DNA from: the human T2T-CHM13v2.0 reference genome, Homo sapiens
Strand: one strand, 5' to 3'
DNA: 64,000 bases
Assembly: GCF_009914755.1 (NCBI RefSeq)
Contig: NC_060941.1
A program made the position numbers and the translations under genes. Shown here piece by piece: positions 54,527-64,000 of this stretch. Position 1 is the first letter of the stretch. Each line of letters opens with the position of its first letter. The notes under the pieces were generated by a model. It was not told where the DNA came from. It worked only from the letters and a program-made list of their open reading frames with translations, and did no database searches.

Positions 54527-55719
54527 AAGGAGGGCAGGGGGCCAGGTGGGGCCAGGCAGCCTGCCTGCTCTGCTGAGCAGCCTGGACCCAGGGGCTGCCT
54601 CTCCCAGGCCTCAGTCTCATCATCTATAGAATGGAGTTTCCAGAGATGGTCTGAGGCCCCTTTCAACTACCTGCAATGTGCTGGGTCCCAGGTCCACAGG
54701 AAGGACTGGTTCCTAGGGTCTTCCTTCCCAGCAAATTGTCCCTCCTGCTTCTGGCAGCAAAAGCTTCCCAGGATAATATTATCAATAGTAATATTGTCCC
54801 CCCTCCTCCTCTGCCTCTTCTTGTGTTTCTATATTCCAGGAACTTTCCTAAATGATTCATTTATTTATCAAATAATTTAATCCCCCACAATCCCATGAGT
54901 AAGAGACATTTACTGATCCCTTTTTATAGTTGAGGAAACAGACTCAGGGAGGGGAGGTGACTTGCCAGAGCCACACAGCTGGCAATCTGGCTCCTGTACT
55001 TCCGCATCCCTGAGGTCACTTTGGTGCCCCCGCCGCATGCCAGGGATAAAGAGACCCAAGACCTTACCGCAACTCACGGAGACCTATGTGGCTGCATGTG
55101 TCACCCCCAGGCAGAGTGACTTGAAGGGCCCAGGGAGGGGCCTCTTTTCATCCTGGGGACTGCCAAGCCCTGGAGTCCAGCTGGGCACGGGCAGTCAGCC
55201 TGGGCTGGGGGATGGTGCCTGGCTGCTAGGATGCTGGTCCTAGCATGGCAGGCATGGGTTAAAATCCCAGCTGTGCCACTTTCTGGTGTGTGATTCCAGG
55301 CACGTGACCTTTCTGCTTTGTGCCTCAGTTTCCCCTTCTGTGGAACGGGGATAATAGCAACACCTCTTTTATAAGGCAAGGTGGTTGTGAGGATTCAATG
55401 AAGCAATACACGAAAGCAGTTGCCTGCTTGGTCCCGTGGGTTCTCCATGGGATAGGGAACCCACGGAAGCCACGCCCAGCTAATTTTTTTGTATTTTTTT
55501 TAGTAGAGACAGGGTTTCACCATGTTGGCCAGGCTGGTTTCAAACTCCTGACCTTGAGTGATCCACCCACTTCAGCCTCCCAAAGTGCTAGGATTACAGG
55601 CCTGAGCCACGGCTCCTGGCTGTTTGTTTTTTGAGACAGGGTCTCACTCTGTCGCCCAGGCTTGAGGGCAGTGGTGCTGTCATAGCTCATTGCAGCCTTG
55701 ATCTCCTGGGCTCAAGTGA

Positions 55720-55956
<237 letters not shown>

Positions 55957-57232
55957 TGAGCCTCAGTTTCCTCCTTTGTAGGTGGGACTTGCTCAGGGAC
56001 TCACTGCTGGCCTTGGGGAGCAGAGAACTCAGGTCTTTGTGATTCCGAAGTCCAGGTTCTTCCACCTGCAACTGCAGTTTCCAGAATTGGTCCCACCCCA
56101 GGAGGATCAGCCAGGTGATATGAGATCCTGCTCGGGGCTGTGAAAAGGGAATGGGAAGTCAGGGCACCCTGCCTGGTCCCACACTGATCCACCTGGGGTA
56201 CCCATCTGAGAAATAGGGGTGGAGACCAGACTGGATGATGCAAATGGCATGTGGCATTGATCATTGGCCCCTCACGCTGGCCACGGCCTCTAGGTGGGCA
56301 GAGTGCACTCCCTGTCTCTTGACTCTGGGCTCAGCCATGTAACTTGCTTTGGTCAATGGGATAGCAGTGGCTATAACAAGACCAAAGGCTTGAGGTGCAC
56401 TTCCACAGTGGAGCTGTCTTCTTGGCTTCTGCTGTGAGAAGATTGTCCCCCTGAATGGCTGCCGGCCCTTCAGCCTCGCCCCGCCAAGAGACACATGGAA
56501 CAGCCAGAGCCCAGCCTAGAGCCTGTATCCCAGCCTAGCCTGAGGCAGAGCCACCCAGCCAAGACCAACTGACCTTCAGCTAACCTGCAGATGCATCAGG
56601 GGGAATTAAATGATTGTTCTAAACCACTGAGTTTTGGGGTGGTTTGTTATGTGGCATTATTGCAGTGATAGCTAATACAAGCCTGGTGTCAGTCTACAAC
56701 TCTTGGACTCTGAGCTGCATTTACGTCCTGAATCCATCACTTACTGAGAATCAGGTCTTTATTATTATTATTAATTTTACTCCATCAATTTCAAGTTTTC
56801 CATAAGAGACATAGACAATGTAAAGGTCAAAGATTTTGGGCGACAAAACAGAGATAACTACAAAACCTCTGGCAAACAACAGTTGCTACCTTTGCACCAA
56901 GCTGAGCTCTGAGCTTCCTGACAGGCATGGCAAAGAGAGGAAGAACATGCACTACTCATATGCTGGGGAGCATTAAGGTCCTACGGGCTGCGTCCCATGG
57001 GCTGGCGACCTCCCACTGGGGCCCTCTTCACATTGCTGTGGGATCCCAGCATTTTCCCCAACTTTCCTCCTTCCAGACCCTGCTCCAGTATCACCCCAAC
57101 TTGAAGCCTTCCTGGCTGTTAGAATTTCTTACAGCAGATTGCCTCTGTCACTCATTAGTTCATCCCGTATCTGCTGGCATCAACCTATGTTGTGCTTAGA
57201 AAAGACTTATAGAGGCCGGGCGTGGTGGCTCA

Positions 57233-57917
<685 letters not shown>

Positions 57918-57968
57918 TCAGGAGATCGAGACCATCCTGGCTAACACAGTGAAACCCCGTCTGTATTA

Positions 57969-58175
<207 letters not shown>

Positions 58176-58354
58176 TTATCGAGTGAATAATGAATAAATG
58201 AATGAATGAGGAAATGAATTTACAGATGGGGAAGTGAATTAATGAAGTTAAAAGCAAGTACATGGAAGAAAGTGTTTGTTTACCTGAGTCTGATTAGGGG
58301 AAGGAGCCCTGAGTGGAGGCACTGTCGTTTGAGGTGGTCTTGCCTATACCTTTG

Positions 58355-61340
<2,986 letters not shown>

Positions 61341-61938
61341 GTAAATGAAACAACAAGTAAGACTAAGGAGTGATGGGGGGGCTAAGGAAATTGCTTTTAT
61401 TTTATACAAGTTTATTGAAAACCACCTGTACTTATCCCTGAGAGAGGATGCAGATATGGCCCCTGCTTATTAGAAGCACAGGTCTGAGGGGGGGAGGCAG
61501 ATCCAGATCCAGACCCAGCCAATCATGGCTGAAGGTGATCAGTGCTGTGACAAAGGAGTCCCAGGGACTGAAGGGCCCAAGAAAGCCCCAGTCCATCCTG
61601 GAGGTCAGGGAAAGCTCCCTGGGGATGGAAAGAAATGGGTTGTATAGGAATTTGCCAGGAGAAGAGGTGGGAGAAGATGGAGCAACATGAGCAAAGGGTG
61701 AGGAATGAGAAGAACTAAGCAAATGTGCAGGAGAAATAAATGGAGCTTCTAGAAATTTAACACCTGGTAACATATTAAAAACTCAATGGAGAGTTTAAAC
61801 GACAGTTTAGACAAAGCTGAATAGAGAATTCATGATCTGGAAGATGGATTTGAAGAAATTATCCAGAATTCAACCCAGAAAGAAAAATAAATGGAAAATG
61901 GGGGCAGGGGGGAAAGAAGAATTCAACCTGAGAAAGCT

Positions 61939-62112
61939 GAAGGAGGAGGAGGAGGAGGAGGAGGAGGAGGAGGTGGCAGCAGTAGCAAGGAGAAGGAGAA
62001 GAAGAAGGAGGAGGAGAAGGAGAAGGATGAGGAGGAGGGAGAGGAGAAGAAGAAGAAGACGAAGAAGAAGAGGAGGAGGAGGAAGAGGAGGAGGAGAAAA
62101 CAAAGAAAAAAA
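61939..62112 (+). repeat. Purine-rich (GAG)n/(GAA)n low-complexity tract within an old L1-like fragment
   Basis: Directly visible. Explains the poly-E/R/G/L/P ORFs at 61832-62266. Confidence 0.9.
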
Positions 62113-62608
62113 GTGGTTAGGAGCCAGGGAGAATACAACAGGAAGAGCTAACATAGGTAGCAGTTCCAGACAGAGAAGGGAAAACGAGACAAATTCAATA
62201 TTTGAAAACATGAAGTCTGACTTTTTTTCCATATCTAATAAGCACCACCAAATGCATAGATTCTAGAGATCCAATGAATCCCAAGCAAGATAGGTAGGAA
62301 GAAATTCATGTCTGGACATATTGTAGTGAAAATATAGAACACCAAAGTCAAAGAGGAGATCCTAGAAGCAACCAGAGAGAAAGCAGAGGAGATTCTTTAA
62401 GTGTTTCAGTGTTGCAACAGTGAGATATTCAAAGGCAGGGAGTATAGGGAAATGGGGCTCTAGTAGAGCCAATTATTAAGGGTGATTTTGAGCCAGAGGA
62501 GTGATACGATGAGATCTGTGTTTCAGAATCTGAGTATGGAAAGCCAGGTGCGCTGCTCAAACCTGTAATCTCAGCACTTTGGGGGGCCAAGGTGTGTGGA
62601 TCGCTTGA

Positions 62609-62946
<338 letters not shown>

Positions 62947-63157
62947 TGAGCCACCGCGCCTGGCAAGAGACGCTGTTTCTACAAAAAAATAAACAAAAAA
63001 AATTAGCTGAGCATGGTGGCATGTACCTATAGTCCCAGCCATTTGAGAGGCTGAGGTAGGAGGATCACCTGGGCCCGGGGGCTCAAGGCTACAGTGTTCA
63101 CACCACTGCACTCCAGCCTAGTGTGCAGACTGGAGTGATGGAGTGAGACTCTGTCTC

Positions 63158-63189
<32 letters not shown>

Positions 63190-64000
63190 GAAAGATGCGG
63201 TTCTACTCAGCGTCATCTGATTGCTACCCTGTAAAAGTGCAGCCCCAGAGTTCTGAGCTTCTGATATCCCAAAAGAAATGGAAACAGGTGGCCCCTGGAT
63301 GAAGGAGGAGGTCAGGGGTGGCTGGAAGGCAGGTCCTGGGGAGTGTAGGGGCTGGAAGAAGACGGAGGGGGAAGGTGTGGTAGACACTATTATAATAGCT
63401 GACTGATCCTTGTGTACCATTCCCAATTCCCCTCTTCCCTGCTGCTTTCCACTGTGGAGGCTGGAAAAGAGAAACTACTTACCTTCTCAGCCTTTGTTGC
63501 AGCTGGGAGTGACCATGTGACACAGTTTTGGCCAATGACATCTAAGGAGTCTCATTAGATCTCATTATGTGTGTGTGGCAGGGGTGGGGGTGGGGGGTGA
63601 GGGGGGCGGGGTGCCTGGGAAATTATTGACGAAAGTGACAAACGCTTTCAATTAACCCTGAAAGTAACCATTCCTTTTCCTTTCTGTCTTAAATGCGGAG
63701 GCAGATGCAACGCCAGGAGCAGCATCAGCCACGCTGTAAACAAGGGGGAAACGCCAAGCGCATTACAGAGGACGTCAGCCCTGCCATCACTGGGCTGGGG
63801 AAACAATGCCAGCCATGGCTGGTCTCCGGGTTCACAGTGATAGGGGAAATAAACCCTTATTTGTCTAAGCCATTGTGATTTGTTTTCCTTTTTTTTTTTT
63901 TTCAGCCACTTTACAGAAGAGGGATATTTGTTAAAATTCAGAAGGAGAGAGAAAAGGAGAGACTGCGCAGGTTGAAACGGTGGTGGGAAAATGTCAAAGA

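Noticed and set aside
53740-54666. Long ORFs (308 aa QSPST-rich, 279 aa, and W/G-rich ORFs on +)
   Set aside because: They are translations of the minisatellite, which lacks stop codons. Several frames on both strands are open at once, and there is no gene context.
61832-62266. Poly-E/R, poly-G/K and poly-L/P ORFs
   Set aside because: Translations of the GAG/GAA low-complexity tract.

Overview
Human (or near-identical great-ape) genomic DNA, recognisable as the 17p11.2 GRAP/SNORD3 locus. Positions 1-23 kb hold GRAP on the minus strand: coding exons 1-4 (78+98+123+169 nt, codons 1-156, N-terminal SH3 plus SH2, all GT-AG). The last exon lies left of the window. The region 23.5-63 kb is very Alu/L1-dense. 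It contains an ~8.7 kb inverted repeat (about 34544-43272, ~410 bp spacer) carrying two identical, convergent, full-length U3 snoRNA genes, each with DSE, PSE and 3' box. It also contains an orphan CpG-rich promoter-like element (~46.3-46.6 kb), a G-rich 15-mer minisatellite (~53.9-54.5 kb) and an Alu-interrupted processed kynureninase pseudogene (~58.4-61.3 kb). I see no new protein-coding system; almost all listed ORFs are Alu, L1 or low-complexity artefacts. The most interesting structure is the U3 palindrome. It has a near-identical core with a sharp identity boundary, and a third copy of the outer-end block sits inside the spacer, hinting at an older ~4.2 kb tandem U3 unit. A G-tract is the main promoter difference between the two copies, and the geometry would turn read-through into dsRNA or antisense U3. 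All identity estimates are by eye.
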